This document shows, one piece after another, positions 17,992-24,184 of a stretch of DNA of 24,184 nt. Made by a program: the position numbers and the translations under genes. The notes below the pieces were generated by a model. It searched no databases, was not told the DNA's origin, and was given only the letters and a program-made list of their open reading frames with translations. Every line of letters starts with the position of its first letter. Position 1 is the first letter of the stretch. The stretch is from a virus (lineage: Duplodnaviria > Caudoviricetes). Location of the stretch: positions 1 through 24,184 of the IMG/VR virus record IMGVR_UViG_3300044216_001436; one strand, written 5' to 3'.

Positions 17992-19269
17992 CTATATAAT
18001 TTTATATTCCGATATTGCGTTCGGAAATTTTTTGTTAATGTTGTCTTGGTTTGGCAACTCGTCTATTGCAATTGCCATATAACGAAAACTATCACACGCG
18101 TGGCTTGACCAATCGTGAACAGGTTTGTTGGCAAACATTCTTGCCTTGTCGTTATATTTTCTATGATAGTGTCTCAATGCGTCTATTAACTTTTTGCAAT
18201 TGTCTCCGTCAATATAACATCGTGGTAAAATCATTTTAGCTGCGTGTATGCCGTCTTCTAATGGCAACTTAGGTAAAATTCTAAAATTAATACCTAATTG
18301 ATATGCAACCTCTCTTCTTGTTTTACCTAAACTAAATTCTGTTACATCAATATCGTGTGGTGCATAATGATGTTCGTAAACATAATCTTTCTGTTTAATC
18401 ATATTTACATAATGCGGTAAACCCTCTCGATTATTTTCGTAATAATCTATAATCCTTACGGTGTTACCTAACTGCTGATAAAATATTATAGATGTTGCGT
18501 CTCCAACCCCAATGTCCCAAACTGTATTGACAGATAACGCAGGGTCATAATCTATTAAAGTTATTTTACCTTGGTCTTCTAATTTTTGTATTATGTGTCC
18601 ATAGATTGAGCCTTCTATATTAGCAATCCAATCACACTCAAATTCTTGTCGATACTTGCTCTCACCCATTTGTTTGAAAGCTGCATCTAATTCTTCTTGA
18701 TCTATAATTTTTGTTTTAGATACTGGCGCGGTATAAGTTAGCCAATCACTCTCTTTAACAGCATGAGTATAAATATCGTAAAAAAAATTATTAGTTCCAG
18801 CTGGCGTGCCTATGAAGTAACAGAACCCCTTGCGATCACTTAAAGCTGGTCTCAAAATTTCATTCCAAACTTTAGGGTCCACCTGAGCTGTCTCGTCTAT
18901 GCACACCCCATCAAGGAATATACCCCTTATACTTTCTGAATTTTCACTTGAAAGTAATGTAACACGAGAACCATTTGGTAAGTCGCATCTTAATTCTGTT
19001 TCGTTATACTTAACACCAGGTATTTTTCTGGTAAATTGTTTTATATAGTCCCAACTTATACTTTTAGCTTGCCTAAATGTCGGTGCTAGATACGCATATC
19101 TAGGGTTTGGCAAAGGGTTTGTAAGAGCTGCTTTAATCAGATGATTAAGTATGCAGACTGTTTTCCCGAAGCGCCTGTGACATGAAATCACCGCAAATCT
19201 ATGTTGGTCTAGCAAGTCGTGTAATTCTTGTTGATACGACCTAGGCGTATAATCTATTTCTATGTGCAT
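17992..19269 (-). CDS. terL: Terminase large subunit
   Basis: 425 aa; Walker A HRRFGKT, Walker B VCIDE, coupling motif GTP, RNase H-like WDIG and SHACDSFRY. Confidence 0.95.
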   Translation of the reverse strand: MHIEIDYTPRSYQQELHDLLDQHRFAVISCHRRFGKTVCILNHLIKAALTNPLPNPRYAYLAPTFRQAKSISWDYIKQFTRKIPGVKYNETELRCDLPNGSRVTLLSSENSESIRGIFLDGVCIDETAQVDPKVWNEILRPALSDRKGFCYFIGTPAGTNNFFYDIYTHAVKESDWLTYTAPVSKTKIIDQEELDAAFKQMGESKYRQEFECDWIANIEGSIYGHIIQKLEDQGKITLIDYDPALSVNTVWDIGVGDATSIIFYQQLGNTVRIIDYYENNREGLPHYVNMIKQKDYVYEHHYAPHDIDVTEFSLGKTRREVAYQLGINFRILPKLPLEDGIHAAKMILPRCYIDGDNCKKLIDALRHYHRKYNDKARMFANKPVHDWSSHACDSFRYMAIAIDELPNQDNINKKFPNAISEYKII

Positions 19270-19484
19270 TAATGAATTGTTGGTGATGCTCTAAATAAAT
19301 CTTGTGATGGCTCATAATCCATACCTGATCGACACAACATGTATTGTGCAAATTCTTCTGCAACATTTAAATCGTCAAATCCAATAATAGTTATAATTAA
19401 ACTCTTTGAACCTTTATCTACAAAGGCAATTGTTTCTAACGGTTTTGTAATATTCGGTTTTTTCTTTTTCATTGTTAATCTCAT
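19269..19484 (-). CDS. Hypothetical protein coupled to terL
   Basis: 71 aa (the start could be ATG 19472); TAATG overlap with terL. Confidence 0.7.
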   Translation of the reverse strand: MRLTMKKKKPNITKPLETIAFVDKGSKSLIITIIGFDDLNVAEEFAQYMLCRSGMDYEPSQDLFRASPTIH

Positions 19485-19749
19485 TGTGTCTGTGTCTGTG
19501 TGGGTGGTAGTCCCAATATATATATATATCTACACGCGCGACCACGCCCAGGGGTATAGTCCCTCTTTATTTACGCAAAAAACGCTAGCTGTCATGTAAC
19601 AGATCAGGCGCAGCGGTTACCATAGCCGATGACAATTGTTATTCTATCTACTTAATAGTTTAAATTGTGTGTTGGTTGTGTGTTCTCTGTCAATCGAACT
19701 CCATAACACACGCGCGGAACTGCGTCCCTGCGTATAAAAATACCAACCC
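19485..19749. repeat. Non-coding repeat-rich region, candidate packaging/terminus site
   Basis: TGTGTC tandem 19485-19502; (AT)7 at 19516-19529; ACACGCGCG at 19532-19540 and 19708-19716; TTGTGTGTT at 19665-19673 and 19676-19684. Confidence 0.45.
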
Positions 19750-20004
19750 TTATGACTTCTTATGTCTTGCAGCAAACTTCGCTGCTGCTTCTTTAGAACC
19801 GAACCCCCATTTTTTAAGAGCAAGTTTTAATCTTGTTGGTCTTCCTTTCTTATCTTTTAACGGTCCCTTAACTTTACTGAAGCGCGCTGCAAAGCTGACC
19901 CTCCGAGGGTTTGTTCCTTTACTTACTGGAGCCTTGACCCCAAACTTTTTACGTCCTGCAGCATTTAATCCGCCTTTTGGATTTTGGAACCTTTTAGCGA
20001 CCAT
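19750..20004 (-). CDS. Basic protein, DUF6321-like
   Basis: 84 aa, 26 K/R; NPKGGLNAAGRK...RRVSFAARF...RLKLALKKWG pattern (family recalled, not searched). Confidence 0.75.
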   Translation of the reverse strand: MVAKRFQNPKGGLNAAGRKKFGVKAPVSKGTNPRRVSFAARFSKVKGPLKDKKGRPTRLKLALKKWGFGSKEAAAKFAARHKKS

Positions 20005-20178
20005 TTACTTTTTTTTCTTTTTTGGAAAGCCTGCCTGCATATTTTTATATGCTTTTCTACTTATAGAACTCTTTGATTTAGGACGAGACGTGCCAGCCTT
20101 TTTTCTTTTATTAATATTATAATAAAGACCCTTACGCGCCATCTTTCCTGACTTTGTTCTGTGATAGCCTTTTTTCAT
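20005..20178 (-). CDS. Small basic protein, 57 aa (MKKGYHRTKSGKMARKGLYYNINKRKKAGTSRPKSKSSISRKAYKNMQAGFPKKKKK)
   Basis: Translated by hand. SD AGAGGT upstream; the stop abuts the next ATG; 22 K/R and no acidic residues. Confidence 0.8.
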   Translation of the reverse strand: MKKGYHRTKSGKMARKGLYYNINKRKKAGTSRPKSKSSISRKAYKNMQAGFPKKKKK

Positions 20179-20222
20179 TGTTTTACCTCTTTCTTTTTTT
20201 TTATTTTTTTATTTTTTATGAG

Positions 20223-20259
20223 TTGACTTATTGTAATATGTATATTACCAATCTGGTAA
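20223..20259 (+). promoter_or_regulatory. Putative promoter with overlapping operator for the lone plus-strand gene
   Basis: TTGACT at 20223-20228 after a T-rich tract; palindrome TTACCA-ATC-TGGTAA at 20245-20259 covers the expected -10 (TACCAA, non-consensus). Confidence 0.6.
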
Positions 20260-20289
20260 CATATAAATTTAACAAAAGGAGAAAAATAT

Positions 20290-20886
20290 ATGTCTAACTT
20301 ACAAGTAAAAAGATTTATTCCTAAAGAGTTTAAACCTTTAGAAATAAACTCAACAATTGATTTAGATTTTTACTGGAACAGTAACGATTTAAAACCAATT
20401 GCAATATGTTTTACAAAAAAATCTTTTCGTCATTCATGGTACTATAGATTTAAAAATGTAGAACACATGAACAACCACATCAAAAAAACTATTGATGGAA
20501 GATTAGAACAAAAAAAAGCAGTTCAAGAACGAAGGAAAAAAAGATACGCACCGCATACTTTACAAGTTGGAGACTATCTTTACTGTTCCTGGGGTTATGA
20601 CCAAACTAATATTGATTTTTTCATAGTAACTAAACTAATAGGAAAAAATAAAATATTAATAAAAGGTTGTTCTAACCAAATAACCAATAGCACCGAATAT
20701 TCTGATTTTGTGCGACCTGGTAAAGATACAGGTAACAGATGGACAACAGACAACCAAGGAAACCAGGTTGAATTATTAAAAACCGTTGACGGTTCAAATA
20801 ATTCTATTTCTCTTTCTTCTTTCGCTTTTGCTCGTAAATGGGACGGAGAACCAAAATCTCAGACTAACTCCCTATACGGTCATTAA
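20290..20886 (+). CDS. Hypothetical protein with SWGYDQTN motif (opposite strand, moron-like)
   Basis: 198 aa; SD AAGGAG; the only plus-strand gene inside the late region; converges on terS with a 1-nt gap. Confidence 0.85.
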   Translation: MSNLQVKRFIPKEFKPLEINSTIDLDFYWNSNDLKPIAICFTKKSFRHSWYYRFKNVEHMNNHIKKTIDGRLEQKKAVQERRKKRYAPHTLQVGDYLYCSWGYDQTNIDFFIVTKLIGKNKILIKGCSNQITNSTEYSDFVRPGKDTGNRWTTDNQGNQVELLKTVDGSNNSISLSSFAFARKWDGEPKSQTNSLYGH

Positions 20887-20887
20887 A

Positions 20888-21274
20888 CTATTTACCCTGG
20901 GAGGCTTTTGCCTCCTGGGGTCTTCCCCAACTAATTGATAAATTTGTATCTTGTTTAATTTCTTGTTTGCTTTTATCTCCGAAAATTCCTGCAGCTAATT
21001 TTGACGCTAGCCACCGAGCATGGTGTGCCTTTTCTCTATATTGCTGAAAATATTTAGGGTCCTGCGGTTCGTTTAGTTCATCATGTATTTTATCTAAAAT
21101 AGTAAATGTTCCAACTTCACGCGCTTTCATAATTTTTTTGTGCAATAAATCGTCCGCTCGCATCGAACGGTAAACCACCGATAATGACGGATAAGTTTTG
21201 TCAGAACAAATACTTGTTAACGTGTTACCGTTTTCAAGTTTTTCTATAATATTTTCCAGTTTTTCTAATGACAT
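20888..21274 (-). CDS. terS: Terminase small subunit (Sf6 gp1-like)
   Basis: 128 aa; N-terminal HTH (GNTLTSIC...YPS), KARE and RWLASKL...FGDK motifs. Confidence 0.8.
   Translation of the reverse strand: MSLEKLENIIEKLENGNTLTSICSDKTYPSLSVVYRSMRADDLLHKKIMKAREVGTFTILDKIHDELNEPQDPKYFQQYREKAHHARWLASKLAAGIFGDKSKQEIKQDTNLSISWGRPQEAKASQGK
20895..20920 (+). terminator. Hairpin after the plus-strand gene, embedded in the 3' end of terS
   Basis: CCCTGGGAGGC-TTTT-GCCTCCTGGGG, 11 bp with two G-U pairs; poor U-tract. Confidence 0.4.
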
Positions 21275-21494
21275 CTTTTAATTCTTCTTCAGTTTTATTT
21301 TTATATTGTGGTAAATTTCGTAAACTCTTCATCATGCCTTCGATTGTTACTGGTCCTTCGCTTTCGCCAGCGTGGAACCTACAACGATAATGACCTGATT
21401 TTTTTAATTTTCCTTTTGCCTGGCAACGCTTGGTAAACTTGCTGCCTCTTGTCAAACTCTCACATTGTTTAAGAAGTTTATTTCGTCCAGGCAC
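21234..21494 (-). CDS. HGGxSTG-domain protein
   Basis: 86 aa; C..TR....C......RCRFHAGESEGPVTIEG is a variant of the RCRxHGGxSTGP motif; adjacent to terS. Confidence 0.72.
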   Translation of the reverse strand: MPGRNKLLKQCESLTRGSKFTKRCQAKGKLKKSGHYRCRFHAGESEGPVTIEGMMKSLRNLPQYKNKTEEELKDVIRKTGKYYRKT

Positions 21495-21502
21495 TTTTTA
21501 AA

Positions 21503-21546
21503 CGAGTATAGTTTTTTTGTTATTAAATTTTGTCAACTTTGGCAAG
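21503..21546 (-). promoter_or_regulatory. Putative late promoter, copy B (CTTGCCAA-AG-TTGACA-N20-TATACTCG)
   Basis: TTGACA at 21536-21531, TATACT at 21510-21505, 20-nt spacer; heads the packaging/structural operon. Confidence 0.62.
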
Positions 21547-21930
21547 CAGTTTCGTATCTTGTTTTAGTTTCTTTTCAATCTTGATTAACGCATCAAAATA
21601 CATGTTTTTAACTTTCTTCCGGTCGTAGCCAAGCAATCGACCTATTTGAGTATATTTAAAATTATTAGCTTTTGACCAAATGATTTGTCTTTCAAGGGTA
21701 GATACTAACAACATCAAATCTATTGCTAGATCATAACAAGTTATCATCTTTGAGTTAGCTTGTATTTTCATGGGTCTTTTATCGTAAAATCCATGCTCCA
21801 TACGATGATGAATTATATCTAATATAGAATACATCGCGCCAGCATGAGGCTTCTTTAACCCTGGTAAATGTCTTTCGGTCCTTGCAGCTGTCTCAAACAA
21901 ATCAACTAGCTTTAATAATAAATCTGTCAA
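21523..21930 (-). CDS. Sigma-70 region 4-like HTH protein (DUF6362-like), probable late-gene regulator
   Basis: 135 aa; FETAARTERHLP N-terminus; C-terminal ERQIIW...YTQIGRLLGYDRKKVKNMY HTH; sits at the early/late boundary like lambda Q. Confidence 0.62.
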   Translation of the reverse strand: MTDLLLKLVDLFETAARTERHLPGLKKPHAGAMYSILDIIHHRMEHGFYDKRPMKIQANSKMITCYDLAIDLMLLVSTLERQIIWSKANNFKYTQIGRLLGYDRKKVKNMYFDALIKIEKKLKQDTKLLAKVDKI

Positions 21931-22498
21931 ATTTTAAAGTTTTTTTTTTGCTGACAACTTTTTCAATTTTATCGTTAAGTTTGTTCCTGGTGTACAATTC
22001 ACCGTCCGAGCCGCGGTATTCGTCTTTTAACCCCTCGGAGCCAAAATACTTTAATGTTATTCCGTTAAACATTATTTTATCAATAGGTTTAGCAACCCCC
22101 CCTGCTTTGAAACTACTAAAATATGATTTATTATTTTTAAAATTGCTATTGGTTCTATTATATATGGTTCTATTAATACCTACCATATTTGGCACATCAG
22201 ACACGACACCCATGACACCTCTGAAATTATTGAGTAATTGCTGTTGTTTTATAAGGATATATTCATTTGTAGATTGTTTTCTTTTAATCTGTAAAAAATT
22301 TAAAGTTTTAAGTCTGGCAAGGGAACGTTGCACAGTTCTTTTGCTAACATTAAGACGTTTAGCAATTGTGGCAATTCTTGGATAACAAGCAGCGGTCTTT
22401 CTATTGTAAAAAGTAATAAGACAGAAATAAACCATCTTATCCGTAACAGAAAGTTTAGAATGTTTTAAAACTACTTCATCACCGATAAAAAACGCCAT
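21902..22498 (-). CDS. Replication initiator-like protein with N-terminal winged HTH (HTH_36-like)
   Basis: 198 aa; LSVTDKMVY...CYPRIATIAKRLNVSKRTVQRSLARL...NEY; internal repeats in the linker. Confidence 0.72.
   Translation of the reverse strand: MAFFIGDEVVLKHSKLSVTDKMVYFCLITFYNRKTAACYPRIATIAKRLNVSKRTVQRSLARLKTLNFLQIKRKQSTNEYILIKQQQLLNNFRGVMGVVSDVPNMVGINRTIYNRTNSNFKNNKSYFSSFKAGGVAKPIDKIMFNGITLKYFGSEGLKDEYRGSDGELYTRNKLNDKIEKVVSKKKTLKFDRFIIKAS
22120..22220. other. Candidate replication origin inside the initiator gene
   Basis: GACAC three times (22200, 22205, 22214); TGGTTCTATTA direct repeat (22150, 22165); adjacent AT-rich tract. Confidence 0.4.
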
Positions 22499-22876
22499 TT
22501 AACCCTTACAAAATTGTTTATGTTTACTTTGTAACCCACGCAGCATGTTTATAAATTCTTCTGGTCGCATAAAATATTGTTCTGATCTTTCTGGTGTAAG
22601 TATTTGCACCCTAAAAACTTCAATCTCGTCCATTTTTTCGCCAGGTTTGTAAAAAACTAAAAAAGATGGCTTGGCGCATTTTCTTGCAATCCACTCTGTA
22701 GTTGTGGTAGCTTTGAAAGTTTGTCCCTTGTCAAATGCAGTTTCAAAAAACGCCAAAGGCTCTTTGCACCTTGGACAAGTCTCCACAAAATCTAAATCAA
22801 TTCCGCTTACACCATCGTGTTTACGATGAAACTCGCTAAAATGATCGCCAAAACCGAAGTAATTATAACGAGCCAA
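22499..22876 (-). CDS. Hypothetical protein, possible PD-(D/E)xK-like fold with CxxC insertion
   Basis: 125 aa; IDLDFVETCPRCKEPLAFFET pattern. Confidence 0.65.
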   Translation of the reverse strand: MARYNYFGFGDHFSEFHRKHDGVSGIDLDFVETCPRCKEPLAFFETAFDKGQTFKATTTTEWIARKCAKPSFLVFYKPGEKMDEIEVFRVQILTPERSEQYFMRPEEFINMLRGLQSKHKQFCKG

Positions 22877-23116
22877 TTATATTTCTCCATTTTTACGCAA
22901 CTGATTTAATGGGTCTTTCATGTTACTTATCTGCATATTCGCTTCAGATAACTTAACCTGCAGATTGCCGTTTATTCTTTTTTGAGCCTCGTTTATTTCT
23001 TTCTGTGTAGAAACTTCTAAAGTTGTATTATCTATAATCTGCTTTAGTGTGTCAGTTTCTTTATGAAGAACTAAATTTATTTTTTTTAGTTTTTCATATT
23101 CAGCTTTATAATCCAT
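22877..23116 (-). CDS. Hypothetical coiled-coil protein
   Basis: 79 aa; SD AAGGGGG upstream; heptad-like composition. Confidence 0.7.
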   Translation of the reverse strand: MDYKAEYEKLKKINLVLHKETDTLKQIIDNTTLEVSTQKEINEAQKRINGNLQVKLSEANMQISNMKDPLNQLRKNGEI

Positions 23117-23384
23117 TGTTACCCCCTTCCTTTAAAGTATGTAATAAAGTTTTTTTTAAAATTACTGAGTTTGGAATAACGGTTCGATTACCTATTTCGT
23201 GTGGGTCCATAAAAGAAAACTCGTTTGAAAAAATAGTTTTGTTCTTGTCTTGGAAAACTATAAAACCAATAGTAAAACAGATCGCAGGCTCCTCTTTAGC
23301 TGCCTTATCTGGTGAACACCAATCAGCTGAACCTGTTATGTCCTGCCATTTGCAAAGCCAAATTTTTTTAACTTTGTGTTTCAT
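23106..23384 (-). CDS. Hypothetical phage protein
   Basis: 92 aa; WxD...W...CxTxG...IP pattern; in operon with cro. Confidence 0.7.
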   Translation of the reverse strand: MKHKVKKIWLCKWQDITGSADWCSPDKAAKEEPAICFTIGFIVFQDKNKTIFSNEFSFMDPHEIGNRTVIPNSVILKKTLLHTLKEGGNNGL

Positions 23385-23392
23385 GTGTACAA

Positions 23393-23590
23393 CTAATGAT
23401 AGAAGTCGTTAGCTGTTACCTTTCCTTTTGTGATTTGTTTTATTTTTTCCATAAAATTTTTTTCAGGAATTCGCTTTCCTTTACACCAACGCTGTACCGT
23501 GCTTTCTGGTGATTTTCCGCTAATACCAAGGTTTTTAGCTAATTGTCTATATGATAATTTTTTTTTATTCTTAAATTCTTCAAGTGTCAT
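23393..23590 (-). CDS. Cro-like XRE HTH protein
   Basis: 65 aa; LSYRQLAKNLG...STVQRWCKGKRIP...ITKGKVTANDF; divergent from the repressor. Confidence 0.85.
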   Translation of the reverse strand: MTLEEFKNKKKLSYRQLAKNLGISGKSPESTVQRWCKGKRIPEKNFMEKIKQITKGKVTANDFYH

Positions 23591-23716
23591 GCCAGTTGAT
23601 TAGCCGATTTGGTAAATCAAGGCAACTAAAAATCATACAACTAAGAATATAATTGATTTTTATTAATACGAGTGTTGACAATATGGGTAAAAAATAATAG
23701 TTTACCAAAATGGTAA
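23591..23716. promoter_or_regulatory. Divergent switch region: two promoters and three operator-like sites
   Basis: Plus strand TTGACA(23675)-N17-TAGTTT(23698); minus strand TTGCCT(23625)-N17-TAATCA(23602). Operators at 23702-23716 (perfect), 23676-23690 and 23601-23615 (3 mismatches each). Confidence 0.7.
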
Positions 23717-24184
23717 AAAACATTAGCAAATTTTCAAAAAATATTATAAATCTCCACAAGAGAGATAACAAATCAAGTGATAACAATATTGAAAAATCAG
23801 AAGAAGAATTGACTAATACATTTTTAAAAACTTATTTAGAAGATCACAACATACCTCAAGCAGATTTAGCGCGTGCAATAAAAAGAGATAAAGTAACTGT
23901 TAATAGGTACGTCAATGGTATTCGAGAAATGTCAACCAAAGAAATAGAAAAGATTGCAAGATTTTTAGAAATAGAACCAGCTGATTTAGCATTTCCTGCA
24001 GAGCCAATTACTCCAAATTATATTTTAAAAAGAGGTTTTGCTATTGAAAAAAATTTAAATAAAAAATTAAAAATACACACACCTGGTCGAAGAATTAATC
24101 AAAAATATAATGAGATTATATTAATAGATAATGTTTCTATGTATTGTCATGGTGAAATATGGCTGGTAAAAAAAATTAAAGAAA
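23710..24184 (+). CDS. CI-like XRE-family repressor (3' truncated by the window)
   Basis: Not in the ORF track. ATG 23710 is open to the window end: MVKNISK...FLKTYLEDHNIPQADLARAIKRDKVTVNRYVNGIREMSTKEIEKIARFLEIEPADL..., a classic XRE HTH. Confidence 0.85.
   Translation, partial: MVKNISKFSKNIINLHKRDNKSSDNNIEKSEEELTNTFLKTYLEDHNIPQADLARAIKRDKVTVNRYVNGIREMSTKEIEKIARFLEIEPADLAFPAEPITPNYILKRGFAIEKNLNKKLKIHTPGRRINQKYNEIILIDNVSMYCHGEIWLVKKIKE

Larger units (their letters stand above)
1..24184. mobile_element. Podovirus genome segment (HTVC010P/BPP-1-like; probable pelagiphage, possibly temperate)
   Basis: Contiguous terS-terL-portal-scaffold-capsid-tail tube A/B-ejection proteins-tail fibre module plus repressor/Cro and rep genes; no host genes seen; very AT-rich. 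The SAR11 host is inferred from composition and gene order only. Confidence 0.9.

Noticed and set aside
19667-20122. 151-aa plus-strand ORF
   Set aside because: Antisense shadow of two basic genes that have a good SD and translational coupling.
21882-22385. 167-aa plus-strand ORF
   Set aside because: Antisense to the wHTH initiator; no recognisable motif or SD.
23580-23786. 68-aa hydrophobic minus-strand ORF across the switch region
   Set aside because: Antisense to the repressor 5' end and spans the promoters; likely an AT-rich artefact.
1-24184. CRISPR array, tRNA/rRNA, reverse transcriptase/DGR, intron or intein
   Set aside because: No regularly spaced repeats, cloverleaf or RT motifs seen; terL, portal and capsid are uninterrupted and of normal length.

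Overview
The whole window is part of an AT-rich podovirus genome, most similar in layout to HTVC010P-type pelagiphages (SAR11 phages) and BPP-1-like phages; this assignment is by recall, not by database search. Reading right to left on the minus strand: a divergent XRE repressor/Cro switch, small early genes, a wHTH replication initiator with an internal ori-like region, a sigma-4-like (DUF6362-like) regulator, an HGGxSTG protein, TerS, TerL, portal, scaffold, major capsid, tail tubular A/B, a GNAT-like gp13, four ejection proteins, a tail fibre and the start of a LamG-like gene. Signals not explained by the standard annotation: (1) an 84-aa gene nested in the +1 frame of a ParB-domain ejection protein, with a perfect Shine-Dalgarno (SD) and a sharp codon-usage shift; (2) two copies, 18 kb apart, of a promoter motif CTTGCCAA-N2-TTGACA-N20-TAnnCTCG with an over-long spacer; (3) an operator palindrome TTACCA-N3-TGGTAA shared by the switch and a lone opposite-strand gene; (4) translationally coupled acidic and Lys-rich micro-proteins missed by the ORF track; (5) a structured RNA upstream of the capsid gene.
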